Below are positions 1-13,043 of a stretch of DNA of 64,000 bases, in pieces (positions within the stretch are counted from its first letter, which is position 1; each line of letters begins with the position of its first letter). The notes beneath the pieces are model-generated. The model did not search any database. It was not told the DNA's origin and worked only from the letters and a program-made list of their open reading frames with translations. This DNA comes from Octopus vulgaris (lineage: Eukaryota), in NCBI GenBank assembly GCA_951406725.2, contig OX597821.1, positions 37,200,001 through 37,264,000 of the forward strand, given 5' to 3'. Position numbers and translations under genes: made by a program.

Positions 1-174
1 ATAACAGACCATTCACACACTCACTATATGTATGTAACTTGGTGGCCGAGTACCAGACTTCATTCAACCTTTTAATTAACCTATGTAAATTATTTGTGTC
101 AGTGTGTGTGATTGTTTGTGTGTGTGTGAGTGTGTGTGTGTGTGCGTGCGCGCGTACGTGCATGAGTAGATGGA

Positions 175-206
<32 letters not shown>

Positions 207-247
207 CGCGCTCACACACACACACATGAATACATGCATATATAATA

Positions 248-642
248 CTAGCAGTATCGCCCGGCGTTGCTCGGACTTGTAAGGGAAATAACTATATAAG
301 CATTTTTAGAGATGTAAAGTATAATAGCCATCTCAATATGGCTAGCCACAAAGGGGAGTGTTACTGTAGCTTTTTACGTTCTGAGATTAAATAGTACATT
401 TTTAGAGAGTTACTTCCCTTATATAGTAGCAAAAAAATGCATTAAAAATGGGGAAAAAATTATGGTAATTTTTTTTTTATTCGTAGACTCATGGTAGACG
501 CGCGCTAATACCCAGAAGGGCTCGATATGAATCACGACTATAAGATACCCGCTTTTGGTTAAACTGCACCACAAAATGTGGGAGTAGTTAGGAATCTAAA
601 TCGTAGGAGACAGACACACAACTTCACTTTTATATATAAAGA
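248..642 (-). mobile_element. Non-autonomous Helitron
   Basis: On the minus strand: 5' TCTTTATATATAAAA, 3' hairpin-like ccgagcaacgccggg then CTAG; inserted between A and T without TSD. Confidence 0.8.
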
Positions 643-1361
643 TTTACCAAGGATCTCTTCCAGAAGTTAATTTGCAGGAATCCTTCCAAAATTATTTCTT
701 TCAACGTCATTGCCATTTGAAGTGAATAAAAAATGAATGAAAACAACTGAATGATTTAGTAGATTCAGTTAAGATACTTTGCATCTTTCTTCTAAAATAA
801 TTAAAAGATACAATGGTAAGTAGCTTAAAGAAATAAAAAGAAGCTCGACCATTGGGCCTCACGGAGGCTATGTGGTGATGCCGGTGTCACATAACTGACA
901 TCCATGCTCATGGCACATCAAAGCACCTATTACACTCTCAAAGTGGTTGGCATTAAGATGGGCATCCAGCAACAGCAACCATGCCAAATCAAACTGGAGT
1001 CTGGTGCAGCCCTTCAGCTTGCCAGCCTTGGTCAAACTGTCCAACCCTTGCCAACATGGACAACAGACATTAAATGGTGGTGATGATGATGATGGATGGT
1101 TCAGAAAAAATTGTCTATGAATTTAAATTTATCTTTTAGCTATAGAATGGAAACAAAAACTAATCTGTAATTATTAGCAAGTTTTGAAGAAAGAAGAGAT
1201 AATTTCAATTAATTAAGAGCTGATTTTATTAAAATATTAATTAACAGCGAGTTTGGTAATTTACTAAAAAATAAGGTGACAGTTATGTTTCTATCTTTTT
1301 GGAACTTGTCATCAAAATATAACCAAACTTTAGTCTGCTTCATCAGTTAACAAAACTTAAA

Positions 1362-1748
1362 TCTTTATATATAAAAGTGAAGTTGTGTGTCTGTCTCCTA
1401 TGATTTAGATTCCTAACTACTCCCACATTTTGCGGTGCAGTGTAACCAAAAGCAGGTATCTTATAGTCGTGATTCATATCGAGCCCTTCTGGGTATTAGC
1501 ATGAGTCTACGATTTAAAAAAAAATTTACCATCATTTTTTCCCATTTTTAATGCATTTTTTTTTGCTATTATATAAGGGAAGTAACTCTCTAAAAATGTA
1601 CTATTAAATCTCAGAACGTAAAAAGCTACAGTAACACCCCCCCTTTGTGGCTAGCCATATTGAGATGGCTATTATACTTTACATCTCTAAAAATGCTTAT
1701 ATAGTTATTTCCCTTACAAACCCGAGCAACGCCGGGCGATACTGCTAG
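1362..1748 (+). mobile_element. Non-autonomous Helitron (same family, inverted relative to 248-642)
   Basis: a|TCTTTATATATAAAA...cccgagcaacgccgggcgatactgCTAG|t. Confidence 0.8.
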
Positions 1749-2099
1749 TAGTTTTATAAAAAAATAGTAGTTAAGTATTTTGTCACTTGTAACAGTTTGA
1801 TTCAACCCCATGTTTTGTCACATAGAAATCACAAGTTGATCATGTATACAAACCCAGTTTTGATCCAATCAACAGCTGTTGTTGACATCTACATGTTCAG
1901 CCTGGCACAAGAAAACAAGAAAACACACTATTGATGTGTAAAAATTAGCCCAAATATGGAATTTCTGATGAAGACTTACTACACTTGTCATCTACATTGT
2001 TTCATTTGAATATTCCTTTGCTTATATTGTATGGACACCTATATTAATGTAACAATAAATTATGTTCATAAACATAAGGCAGCCTTCTTCTGACCATGT

Positions 2100-4340
2100 T
2101 ACAATTGGTGACACCCAAGCATAAAATGACGAAAGAATACAGCAAGACCATCAGCAAAACTTACGGCCATATTTGGTAGACCTGACACAACAACAGCAAG
2201 CAAGGTGCTTTTTTCATTCAAGTATCACTGACTTTCCTACCACCAAGCTGGATGTATGACTTCCCATTATATGCTGCCTTTCCAGTATGCCTGAAGTAGC
2301 AGTTAAATTTTAGATATCAAAAAACTTCCTTTATTCTTTCACATTTAAATATAAAACCCTTTTGTTTGTAAATTCTCTCATATCTTATCGTTCACCTGTT
2401 CCTACATACACAGAAAAGACTTTTATTTTGGACCTAAATCTAAGGCAACATTTTAACTGGATATTCATCATCACAGACTTACCGTATTCTATCCTCAGAG
2501 CTGACTTCTTACACCATTTTCGTCTTCTACTTGATTTAAGGTTCAAGCAGTTGATTGATACCAGAAATGAGTTATCAGCACAAGGTATGAATTCAAAGCC
2601 TTTTCCCATCAATCTACATCTTTTTGTTCCATCAGTATCCATGAGATTCTTCAGGAATTTCTTAACATTACTCATACTATGTTCCATAACCAGACTCCAG
2701 TGCACTTGGTTACTCACCATGTCATCTCATTCCAGACACCTTACCACGGACAAGCTTAAAATTGCTAAGGAAGCGTTGTTCGGTCATATGTTGAACCTTG
2801 ATATAATTCAACCTTCTAGCAGTAACTTCATCTTGTCTCAAAACATTCTCAGGGACATAGGCACCCTTGCAGTGACTACAGGCATTTAAATGCTTTGACT
2901 ATATCAGACAGATATCCTATCCTGCATATTCACAATTTTTCTGCATCTTTACATGGTTGTATAGTCTTTTTGAAGATCAAATATGTGCCTATAGCCAAAT
3001 TCCTATTGAACCAGCCAACATTCCCAAGACAGCAATAACTACTCCTTTTGACTTATTTGAGTTTATTAGAATGTCTTTCGGCCTTTGCAATGCTGTTGAC
3101 ACTTTCCAAATGTTTATTGATGAAGTTCTTTGTGGTCTAGATGTTGTTTTTGTTTACATTGATAACTAATCAATTACTAGCCCCACAGAAGAGCAATATT
3201 TTCTTCATTTGGAACAGCTTTTTACTCATTTATCACAGCATGGTCTTATAAATTAACACCTCTAATGTCTTTTTGACATCCCTTCCATTGCATTTTTGGG
3301 ATATGTCATAAATAAAGATGTAATTTGTCCAGTAAGAGAGAAAGTCTATGCTTTTGTAATATTCCAGGCACTACTTCACTAAGGAAGTTTTGAGAATTTC
3401 TTAGACTTATTCACTTCTATATTGTACAGAAACTATTTTTCCTCTCACCAAATTGCTATGTAATAAAAAAAAGAGAATGAAACTATATCATTGAATTCAG
3501 CAATATTGAAAGCTTTTGATGATGTTATGAACAAATTATTGAAAGTTACAGTTAACACATCCAGTTCTGGAAGCACCATTAGCTTGATGCTTCAGATAGA
3601 GACTGGCAAAGTTCTGCAACAATTTTTCCACAATGCTTGATAGACATTTCTTCTTTTTCCAAATGCCAGAAGTAAGCAAAAATAAGATACAGCACTTTTG
3701 GTTGCTTATTCAAAAGCAAAACATTTTCAACATTTTTTAGAAGGGTCACAGTTTATGATTTTCACCAATCATAAACCATTAATATTTTGCACTGCAATCT
3801 AAAACAGATAAATATTCACCTGGAGTTATCAGATACCTTGAGTTTATTTCACAGTTCACTGTGGACATCTGTTACATCAAGGTATTGATAATTCAGAGGC
3901 AGATACCTTCTCTAATGTTCATGTCAATGCTTTGCACATCCCTGATTCAACTGATTACTTTGGATCAATAGAAAGAAGACGAATTTTTACAACTCTGAAA
4001 ACTGGATTCACTTTTTTTAGATTTCTGTCTATTGCCATTATATTCCACTGATTTGTCTACTTGGTGTGATGTTTCTATTGGTTTTTCTTGACTTTATTTT
4101 CCAAAGAATCATAGATGAACTGCTTTCTCCTCTTTCATTATTAATCTTATCCTGGTATTTCAGCAACAGCAAAATTGATTTCAAGTTGTTTTGTATGGCC
4201 AAGTATGCAAAAAGATATTCATAGTTGAACATGCTGTTTGTATACAGTGCCAGAAAGCCAAAGTTCAATAGTATATCAAAACACCTTTAGGCACTTTTGC
4301 TCCTCCTGATGCTTGTTTTAAACACATCCACATAGACATT
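2100..4340 (+). mobile_element. Degenerate Gypsy LTR retrotransposon pol (protease-RT-RNase H-integrase start), CsRn1-like
   Basis: ILRADFLHHF, IPKTAITTPFDLFEFIRMSFGLCNA..TFQ, VFVYID motifs with many frameshifts and stops; PBS-like TGGTGACACC near 2106. Confidence 0.85.
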
Positions 4341-4349
4341 AGTTCAAAA

Positions 4350-5060
4350 TATGCACCTGAAAATGTACCCGGTGTAAGTTTTGGACACATAAAAGGTGCA
4401 ACAATATCAGAGGAAGGCTAAAAGGGAAAATAGCTTTTGTATGTGGAAGATGCACAGATACAATAAAGACTGAAAATGTGCAGAAAATAGACTCCATCAA
4501 TTGCCAGGGGTACAAGCTAAAGGTAGTAGATAGCTTTCCTTATCCAGGTAACCAAGTTAGTAGCAGAGGTGGATGCTTCGAGAACGTAGCTGTGAGAATA
4601 CGATTAGGCTGGGCAAAATTCAGAGAGCTCCTGCTGGCAACAAAGTGCCTATCTCTCAGAGTAAAAGGCAGATTGCATGATGCCTATGTACAAACAGCTA
4701 TACTACATGGCAGTGAAACATGAGCTGTGACAGCCGAGGACATGTGTAGGCTTAAAAGAGATGAAGCCAGTATGCTTTGCTGGATGTGCAATGTCAGTGT
4801 GCATGTTTGACAGAGTGTAAGCATCTTGAGAGAACAGTTAGGCATAAGAGATGCATCAGATGTGATGTGCAAGAGAAATGGCTGCACCAGTATGGTCATG
4901 TGATGCAAATGGATGAGGACAGCTGTGTAAAGAAGTACTGATCTCTAACTGTGGAGAGAACGTCTGGGAGGGGTAGACCCAGGAAGACGACTTCACAAAG
5001 GCAATGACTAGTGACCAAGACCTTTGGTGATATGCTGTGCTTGAGAAGACATGTCAAGCC
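4350..5060 (+). mobile_element. RTE-like LINE 3' fragment
   Basis: RIRLGWAKFRELL, LSLRVKGRL, LHGSETW-like motifs; stops present. Confidence 0.75.
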
Positions 5061-5925
5061 AAGTGAAATTTTTCTTTCATCGACTGTAAGTCTAAAGAAA
5101 TGGAGGACAAGGCATTTACAGACTCTCTAGATGATAATTCCAAAATACCATCTGCCAAATCTTCTAATTGTTTGAGAGAGTTTTGCTCTTTCACCGCTGA
5201 AAGTAGAGTTTGAGTGTTTTGAGGTAACCTGCCAAAGAAAACTTCTTTAAGACAAGATTTTTCTATCTGTTGATTTCCAAGAAGTTCTTTCATTCTATGA
5301 AGAAGTTGAGTAGGTTTTCTGTCACCTAGTAGTTTGATATTGAACGGTTTAGCAAATTCTTTTTGCTTGGAGTTGGAAGTCCTCTTTAGTATCTCTTCCT
5401 TTATGGAAAAATACGAAAATGGTTTGGTAGGATCTAACAATAAGTCTCTAATTTCATTGCTCAGAGGTGATGGTAAATTAGTTAACATAATGCTATACCA
5501 ACCTCTGTTGGTATTCTGTTTGCTGCAAAACTTGCTTCTAATTGAGCAAACCAGATCCGTCCAAGCAGGAGGAAAAACTCTCATAGAAGCTTGCATATAT
5601 CCTCTATCGAAATAAGGCATTTCAAACTCTTTAATATTTTTTTCCATTCAAATGTTTTAAAATTTTCAAAAAGAAAATTTTTCACTTAGTGAAATAATGC
5701 TTTAAACAGCCATGAAGTATAAATTTAGTTTGCTAGAAAGTGCAGTTAAAACTTCTTACAACTATTATTGTTTATTTCTTCAGCATTCTTCTTTCCTTCA
5801 ACCTTCAATATCAAATAATTCTGTCGTAATGAAACTGTCATCTATTTTCTATTTGAATTTATATATTTTTTACAAAGGTCACTACTTTTATCATGTCGGG
5901 AGGTCACCAGTTTTGTAACGGTGAG
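5060..5925 (-). mobile_element. Gypsy gag fragment plus tRNA-Trp-type primer-binding site
   Basis: EIRDLL..P...Y..IKEEILKRTS and LGDRKPTQLL.RM..LLG gag motifs; minus strand TACA-aaac-TGGTGACCTCCCGAC at 5909-5895. Confidence 0.8.
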
Positions 5926-5996
5926 ATTGTTATAACGGCTGATTGGGCACCACCTTCATGGGTACCACTTTCATGATGTGGTGTATTACTTTAGGC

Positions 5997-6055
5997 GGAT
6001 CTTTTCGGTTTGAAAGGCAGTTTTTTCTAGTGATGTCATCAAACCGAAAAGATCC
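5997..6055. mobile_element. 59-bp minimal MITE (GGATCTTTTCGGTTTGA TIR)
   Basis: Terminal inverted repeats ggatcttttcggtttga / tcaaaccgaaaagatcc with a ~25-nt interior. Confidence 0.7.
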
Positions 6056-6507
6056 AAAAACACTTTAATTTCACTTTGCTAAAAATTATTCTGCGGAAAA
6101 TTATTCCGAAAGAAATCTTTTGCAGAAAGGTAAGTAGATTGATTACACATTTCTTTTGTGAGATTTGGCTGTTATTTCTAGCATGTGAATAGCCTGCTTA
6201 AGGGGGGTGGGGTTCAGAATCATAATCTCCGTATTTTTGTACGTATTTCGCCAAAAACAATTTCTGGAAAAAGTAAAAAATGAAATGGGGACTAATTCAA
6301 ATTTTGAAGTTGCAATTTTTGAAATTTTTTTTGAGAATCGGAACCTTCATAAACTAAAACATGGGATTCCGTAAAAAAAAAAAATTATGGTGGAAAGTGT
6401 TCCATTTACATATTGTCCATCTGGACCATAAACCTGTCACTTATAACTTAATTATAAGTATTATCATTATACATAAATCTCAACTGAAGCTATGTAAACG
6501 CCTAAGG

Positions 6508-7316
6508 GGATCTTTTCGGTTTGAACAGCAGTTTTTAAAAATAATTTCCACATAAGGCGTAGGAGTGGCTGTGTGGTAAGTAGCTTGCTTACCAACCACA
6601 TGGTTCCGGGTTCAGTCCCACTGCGTGGCATCTTGGGCAAGGGTCTTCTGCTATAGCCTCGGGCCGACCAAAGCTTTGTGAGTGGATTTGGTAGACAGAA
6701 ACTGAAAGAAGCCTGCCGTATATATGTATATATATATATATGTATGTTTGTGTGTCTGTGTTTGTTCCCCTAGCATTGCTTGACAACCGATGCTGGTGTG
6801 TTTACGTCCCCGTCACTTAGCGGTTCGGCAAAAGAGACCGATAGAATAAGTACTGGGCTTACAAAGAATAAGTCCTGGGGTCGATTTGCTCGACTAAAGG
6901 CGGTGCTCCAGCATGGCCACAGTCAAATGACTGAAACAAGTAAAAGAGAGAGAGAGTAACTAAACATTTTTAAACTTCATATACTGGTAGAATGTGTTTA
7001 TAAAACATCTTTTTCTCTTGGCTTTATTGAGAAAATTCTATAGTTTGTAAGATATTTGGGTTTTTTTTTCTTCAATTTCTGCAATTTCAACCAATCAATG
7101 ACGTCTATTGAGGTGAAAACATTCTGTGCCATATGAATATGTCCCTCGTTTAAGAAACAGATTGGGTTTATTTACATTTCTGAAGAAAAAAAGATACCCT
7201 TCCCCCTAACCCTAAAACAGATTGAAATGCAATAGATCGATACTAGGGTCATAATTATGGGTGGCAATTTCATATGACACTGCTAGAAAAAACTGCTGTT
7301 CAAACCGAAAAGATCC
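6508..7316. mobile_element. GGATC-ended MITE monomer interrupted by a SINE
   Basis: TIRs ggatcttttcggtttgaacagcagttttt at both ends; SINE at 6556-6957 inside. Confidence 0.8.
6556..6957 (+). mobile_element. tRNA-derived SINE (family A; other copies ~47330-47737 minus, ~51365-51876 minus, ~60886-61293 plus, partial ~58130-58260)
   Basis: A/B-box-like head gtggctgtgtggtaag...gggttcagtccc, conserved body, internal (TA/TG)n and GA-rich tail; several near-identical copies in the window. Confidence 0.85.
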
Positions 7317-8476
7317 GTGTTTTTTTTTCTTGAAAGTTACAAAAAAATATGAGTTTTGTCGTTTGTCGAGAAGTGTGTTCAGGGAAGCCACACCAGTAGA
7401 GTTTAGCGGGGGGATAAACTTCGGTAATGTGTAGAATGGATTTGTGTGGCGATGCAGAAATTGTAAGAAAAATATTTCTATAAAGACAAAGACTTTTATG
7501 GAAAAGTTTTCCTTACAGAAAATATTTCACATTGTCTTGCATTTCGTGTTCAAGGCACCTATGTCCACCGCGGCTTTATCTACCGGAGTAGATAACAACC
7601 GCGATCCAGTGTTATGAGTTTTGTTGAGAAGTGTGTTCGAGGGAGATGCTTCGAGAGAAAGCTCCGCTTGGTGGTCCAGGTCATGAGGTAGAAATAGGTG
7701 AGAGCTTAAAAGGAAGAGCAATGGAGGGAGAATAGGCCACCAAACGTGGGTTGATGACAGGTGAGCTGGCAGAAACGATAGCACGCCGGGCGAAATACTT
7801 AGCAGTATTTTGCCCGCCACTGCATTCTGAGTTCAAATTACGCCGAGGTCGACTTTGCCTTTCATCCTTCCGGGGTCGATAAATTAAGTACCAGTGACAT
7901 ACTGGAGTTGATGTAATCAACTTAATCTGTTTGTCTGTACTTGTTTGTCCCCTCTATGTTTAGCCCCTTGTGGGCAATAAAGAAATAGGTACTATGACAA
8001 CACTGTGAAAAAAGGATTTCTACATCGTGTACACAACAGAAGCACAGCAACACTAGAAGCTGTTATAATTGAAAATGTTTTTGCCTGGTACTATAATACA
8101 TACAGACAAATGGGCCAGCCATAGGAACTTACAACAGCTGGGTTACAGTCACAGAACGGATAACCATTCAAAGAATTTTGTCGACCCTGAAACTGACGCT
8201 TGCACGGACCACATTGAGGCCTATTGGTCCTCTTTCCAAAGACGGCTAAAGCATATGACTGGATCATTGGGCAACATGAAATGGTCCCGCGTCGATGAAG
8301 CGATGTATCAAGAAATGTATGGATTTACTGTGAAGAAAAACTTGCAGAATTTCTACACATTTCTCAAAAACATTGCAGAACTTTCTCCCCTAAACTCTAC
8401 AGGAGTGGCTTCCCTGAACACACTTCTTGACAAAACTCATATTTTCTTGTAACTTTCAAGAAAAAAAAACACACAC
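7317..8476 (+). mobile_element. Merlin/IS1595-family DNA transposon relic with ~110-bp inverted ends and an internal SINE
   Basis: PGTIIHTDKW...NHSKNFVDPET...IEAYWS..RRLK DDE fragment (8069-8452); 7317-7430 is an inverted copy of ~8370-8476. Confidence 0.8.
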
Positions 8477-9533
8477 ACACAAACAAATATAACAGTATTT
8501 TCTGTGTCTCTGTCTGTCTATTACCAAACTGTTTTCTTGCTCAATACTGCTGTTAAAAATATTCAGTTAAGTTATAATAATTGAAAATAAGAAATTTCTT
8601 ATATTAAAAGAAGTTAATTAATACAAAAAGTAAACAAACAGGAAACGAAATTCATGTCTCTTCAGAAAACTTACAAATATTTTATTTTAGTTTAATTTCA
8701 TAAGTTACTTTTTTAAAAATAAAAACTGCCATCAATCTATTTGCCTAGTTTCTTTTCTTTCTTCCTTCTTTGTTATTCTCTTTCTCTCTCTTCCTATCCC
8801 CACTTCACTTACTTTCTTTTCCTCTCTCTCTCTCATTTTCTCTTTCTTACTTTAACTCCTTTTCTTACTCTTGCATTCTTTTTTTATTCCTCTTCCACTC
8901 TTTTCTTTTTCTCTTTCCTTCCTTCTTTCCAGTTTTTTTTCTCTCTCCAAGACACAAATAACTGAGATTCCCAGGTACTTTCTGTCAACCTTGCTTCCTT
9001 CCTTTCAATCATTTCAGAAAGCTAGTTCAATGATTAATTTCTTATAGCAATTTTCAAGAAATCTGCAGCAGACATTTTCATAAAAGCAAGTAAAATTACT
9101 GGTATTGATGCAGGGTGTACTTTGCTGATGTCCCATACCAACCTGCAATCATCTGATACAGATTTTCTCTTCACTATAATAAGACAGTGTCAATTCTATG
9201 TCAGACCTGCACTTACTGTGCCAATAAGCAAAAAGTCAAGGACAATGCTTACCAAAATGTGGCATTTGTCTTCTTACAACAGTGTTCACAAGCAGTCAGG
9301 TCGACAACATGTAGGCTACTCAGTTTAACCCTTTCATTACTGTATTTATTTTGAGATGCTCTGTGTTTCTACTAGCATAGAAAAAGCACATGTAAAATGA
9401 TGATGATGATGATGACCATCATCATTATCATCACAAAATACCATTGGTGAAATAACAAAACTTTACTGAAAAATATTTATCTATATTCAATTTATTGATT
9501 AAAAAGAAAAAATACTGGAGATCATTTTAATTA

Positions 9534-9893
9534 CTATGGCATTCCAATGTTAGACATTGTCTGTTCGAGAAAAGCAAGTGGAGTTTGTTGATAACCTGGT
9601 TGTTGAGGAGGAGGCATGACAAGGGACTGAGAAGTAGGTTGCATTCCAGTTGGATTCGAGGGTGGTGGATGTTGGGAATAATTGGCCATATTTGACTGCA
9701 TTGTATGCAATGGCATTGAGTTACTTGCTGATTGCGGTTGTTGAGAAAGCTTAGAAGTAGGCTGAGGTAGACTTGTTTGTTGTTGAGCAGACTGTAGATT
9801 ACACAATAGACTCTGCCACTGTTGGAGACGGTGTTGATGTTTCTGCAGCAAAGATTCTTTGCGGAGCAATTCTTGTTCCAAGTCTGTGAATTC
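9534..9893 (-). CDS. MED28: MED28 coding exon 4 (EFTDLEQELLRKESLLQKH...Q/P-rich...PLAFLEQTMSNIGMP*)
   Basis: Acceptor attttag, TAG stop at 9534-9536; EL.RK..L..KH...L..WQ and terminal PLA.LEQ...NI motifs; spliced total 609 nt = 202 aa. AATAAA on the minus strand at 9491-9496. Confidence 0.93.
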   Translation of the reverse strand, partial: EFTDLEQELLRKESLLQKHQHRLQQWQSLLCNLQSAQQQTSLPQPTSKLSQQPQSASNSMPLHTMQSNMANYSQHPPPSNPTGMQPTSQSLVMPPPQQPGYQQTPLAFLEQTMSNIGMP

Positions 9894-11413
9894 CTAAAAT
9901 AGAGTTGAAGTTATTGAAGTTGAATAAATAACTCTTCAGATTAATGAGTAATTTTTTTAAAGAAAATATTTTTAAAATTACAAACCCCTGCCCCCTAATT
10001 ATAGCCTTTATTCATGCTTTACAGTATGGGGGTTTTCATATTCTTCTTTTAGTTTTATTTGCTCTCATTGTCAGACATCATGATGTACCAGAGCCGGTTG
10101 TATTTTTGAAGCAGTTAAGACATCTCTCTCTTTCAACAGAGTTCCAGCTTCTCAAAAACTTTGCCAGAAGGATTTGAACTTAGTACTATATGTTATTGAA
10201 TATATTTCTAATGAAATGCAATGTCTCTGACTTTTAATTAATTTTGAAAATAACCATGAATTTGGTGGGATTTTCTAAAACAACTAATTTCATCATAATT
10301 AATTAGGTGTCTGGAACATTAAAGGATTCTTACATAACAAAATAGTGCTGGTGATATGTAAAGGGCACCCATGCTGGTGACATGTAGTGCCTGTACCAGT
10401 GACATATAAAGAGCACCCATGCTAGTGACATATAAAAGACATTTGGTAAATTCTGTGGAGCAGTAAGCATTAGGAAAGGTATGCAGCAGTAGAAACGAAG
10501 CCAAAACAGACTGAATCCTGGTGCAGCTCTCTGACCTACCAGTTCCAGTCGAACCATCCAACCCATGTCAGTATAAAAAATGGACACTAAATGATGATAT
10601 GCGTAGGTAATCATAATCATTTAAAGTCCATCTTCCATGCTAACATGGGTGGGACATATATACGCGTGTGTGTATGTATGTATCATCATCATTTAACGTC
10701 TGCTTCTCATGCTGGCATGGGTTAGATGGTTTGATTGGAACTGGTAGGCCAGAGAGCTGCACCAGGTTCCATATTGTGGTCTATGACTGGATGCCCTTCC
10801 TAACACCAACCATACTGAGAGCGTAATGGGTGCTTTGTATGTGCCACTGGCAATGGGGTACCATTTACATGATATCAGTAACGGCCACAACTATGGTTTC
10901 ACTTGGTTTGACAAGTCTTCTCAAGCACAGCATATCACCAACATCTCCATAAGGCCCAACGTTTGAAGATCATGCTTCACCACCTTGTCTCATGTCTTCC
11001 TGGATCAACACACACACATATATATATATACATACATATAAATATTGTTATACTTGGAGAAAATAGTGGGTTTTTTTTTACCAGTTAAACACAAGCATTA
11101 TTTATTTAATCTACGCTTTAGTTTTCATTCATATTCTTTTAAAGATATCTGCTTCTAAGTTTACTGTGTAGTAATTTTGGAATATTATGTCAATGTGACT
11201 TCCTTTTGTATTTGAATTTTATGATTAAGATTTAAGACTGTTTGGGTTCTTCTAAAGTAATTAGCTGTATAACTAAAAATAATTATCAAAAAATTAAAAG
11301 AAATACCATCTGAGATCTTATCTATAAAATATAAGATATTTTGTTACAAACAAGTAATTGATGGTCTGAAAAAGATAGTTTTGAATTTTTCTTTCTATTA
11401 CATGTCCTTTTAC

Positions 11414-11526
11414 CTCTTTTATAACTTGCTCAGGTTTTTGTATTGAAAGAATCATTCTCTTCCGAAGAAAAAATGCTTCCATTTGCCGCCCAACTTCTAA
11501 GAATCTTTGAAGTGCATGTTCAATAC
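11414..11526 (-). CDS. MED28: MED28 coding exon 3 (IEHALQRFLEVGRQMEAFFLRKRMILSIQKPEQVIKE)
   Basis: Acceptor ttttctag, donor GTAAAA, 113 nt; FL..ARQ.E.FFL.KR..LS..KPEQVIKE-like core of Med28. Confidence 0.93.
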
Positions 11527-11760
11527 CTAGAAAATATTTCAAGACATTTAGTAAAAATATATACGAGTTTATGTTCAAAACTATTTCAAAAGAGGAATTT
11601 AAAACAAATTTCCTAAACAATTTCAAAGAGATACCTTAAAAGGAACTCACTCATGATTTATATGGTTAAGAATTTTGCTTTACAACCATGTGATTCTGGG
11701 TTCAATCTCACAGTGCATAAAATTTTGTAGATGGAAACTTTGAAAAAAAAATTCATAATA

Positions 11761-13043
11761 TACTAGAAGTCAAAAATTATCAGCACTTTCACAAAACTTT
11801 TTTAGGCTGGCTGCACTGCCTTTGGTGCTTGCCTTACTAAAAAGTGGTATTCTCGTGGTTACATAACCAAGATTTGACCTTCATCCCTCCAGTTTTCTGC
11901 CTTGAGTTAATGAAGAAGACATGCCTACTTTGCTGGCAGTGTGCACCAAGGAAGAACAGAGATCAGTGATCCAATTTCACTGGTCTGTGTTTCAGGTGCT
12001 GAAATTCATTGCAAGCTTTCAGTACAATACAGGGACAATGCTCTACTGTGTAGAAGTGTGCGTGTAAGTGGATCAAGAAGTTTGAAAATGGCCAAAGAAA
12101 TGTGAAGCATGAAGAGAGAGAGAGAGCAGGATGCTCATCAACCGCCACCACTGATGTGAGAAGGATTCAACAAGCTTGAGAGATGGTTCTGGTGAATCAA
12201 TGAGTGACCCCTCAATGAAGTAGCCTTTGTTCTCTACAAATTATTCATGGTTCTGCATATGAAATCATCCTTGGCAAGCTTTGCTTTTGTAAAATGTGTG
12301 TGAGATGGATGCCAAGAGTGCTTACAGTGGTGTGAAGATTTGTCAATACTTATTCAACCTTTGTATTGATAAAGGTAAAGCTGTTTTGGAGGGAATACTT
12401 TCAGGAGATGGGTCCTGGGTCTATCAATGAGCCACAAGCCAAAAGGCAGAATATGAAGTGGAAACACCCAGGATTGCCAATGAAAAAGGAATTCAAGACT
12501 CGACCTTCCACAGAAAAAGTGATGTTAACCATTTTTGGGTACACAAAAGGGCCTAAGCTGGAACATTACCTGGAAAAGAAGTCTACAGTCTACCACTGTA
12601 TGCCTTAGTGAAATGCTGTCCAACAAACGAAATTAATTCTCAATAAACACCAAGGCCTATTGTTAAGGCAAGTGTTACTGTTGCTTGACGATACATGCCC
12701 ACACCATTGAAAAACTCTGGGTTTTGAGTTGTTGGATAGTCCAGCATACAGCCCAGATCTCACTCATCCCTTCTGACCATCACCTCTTTGGACCACTCAA
12801 ACAACCTCTACAAGATTGTCGACTTGCTACAGAAGAAGAAGAAGAAGCAGTGTATAAATGGCTGTGTGACCAGCCAAAAACCTTCTTTTCTGTTGGAAAA
12901 AGCAAACTTGCAGACTGTTGGAATAAGTGCACTGGAAAGCGAGGGGGGGACTATGTTGAAACATCATGTAATTGTTCAATCCCTGCATTTGTCTTAATAA
13001 ATCACAGAAACAAAGGTACATATAATTTTTGACTTACCCTCAT
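11761..13043 (+). mobile_element. Degenerate mariner transposon in MED28 intron 2
   Basis: Imperfect TIRs (agtcaaaaattat / ataatttttgact), WKHPG.P..K.FK...S..KVMLTIF and YSPDL.PSDHHLFGPLK-like motifs with frameshifts. Confidence 0.85.

Noticed and set aside
1960-2040. CTGATGAAGAC...GTC motif as a hammerhead
   Set aside because: No GAAA core follows the short stem.
6556-6630. tRNA gene
   Set aside because: tRNA-like head of a multi-copy SINE; no complete cloverleaf or Pol III terminator.
8069-8452. Bacterial IS1595/ISXO2 contamination or horizontal transfer
   Set aside because: Eukaryotic Merlin transposases belong to the same family, and the relic contains a host SINE and sits among host repeats.
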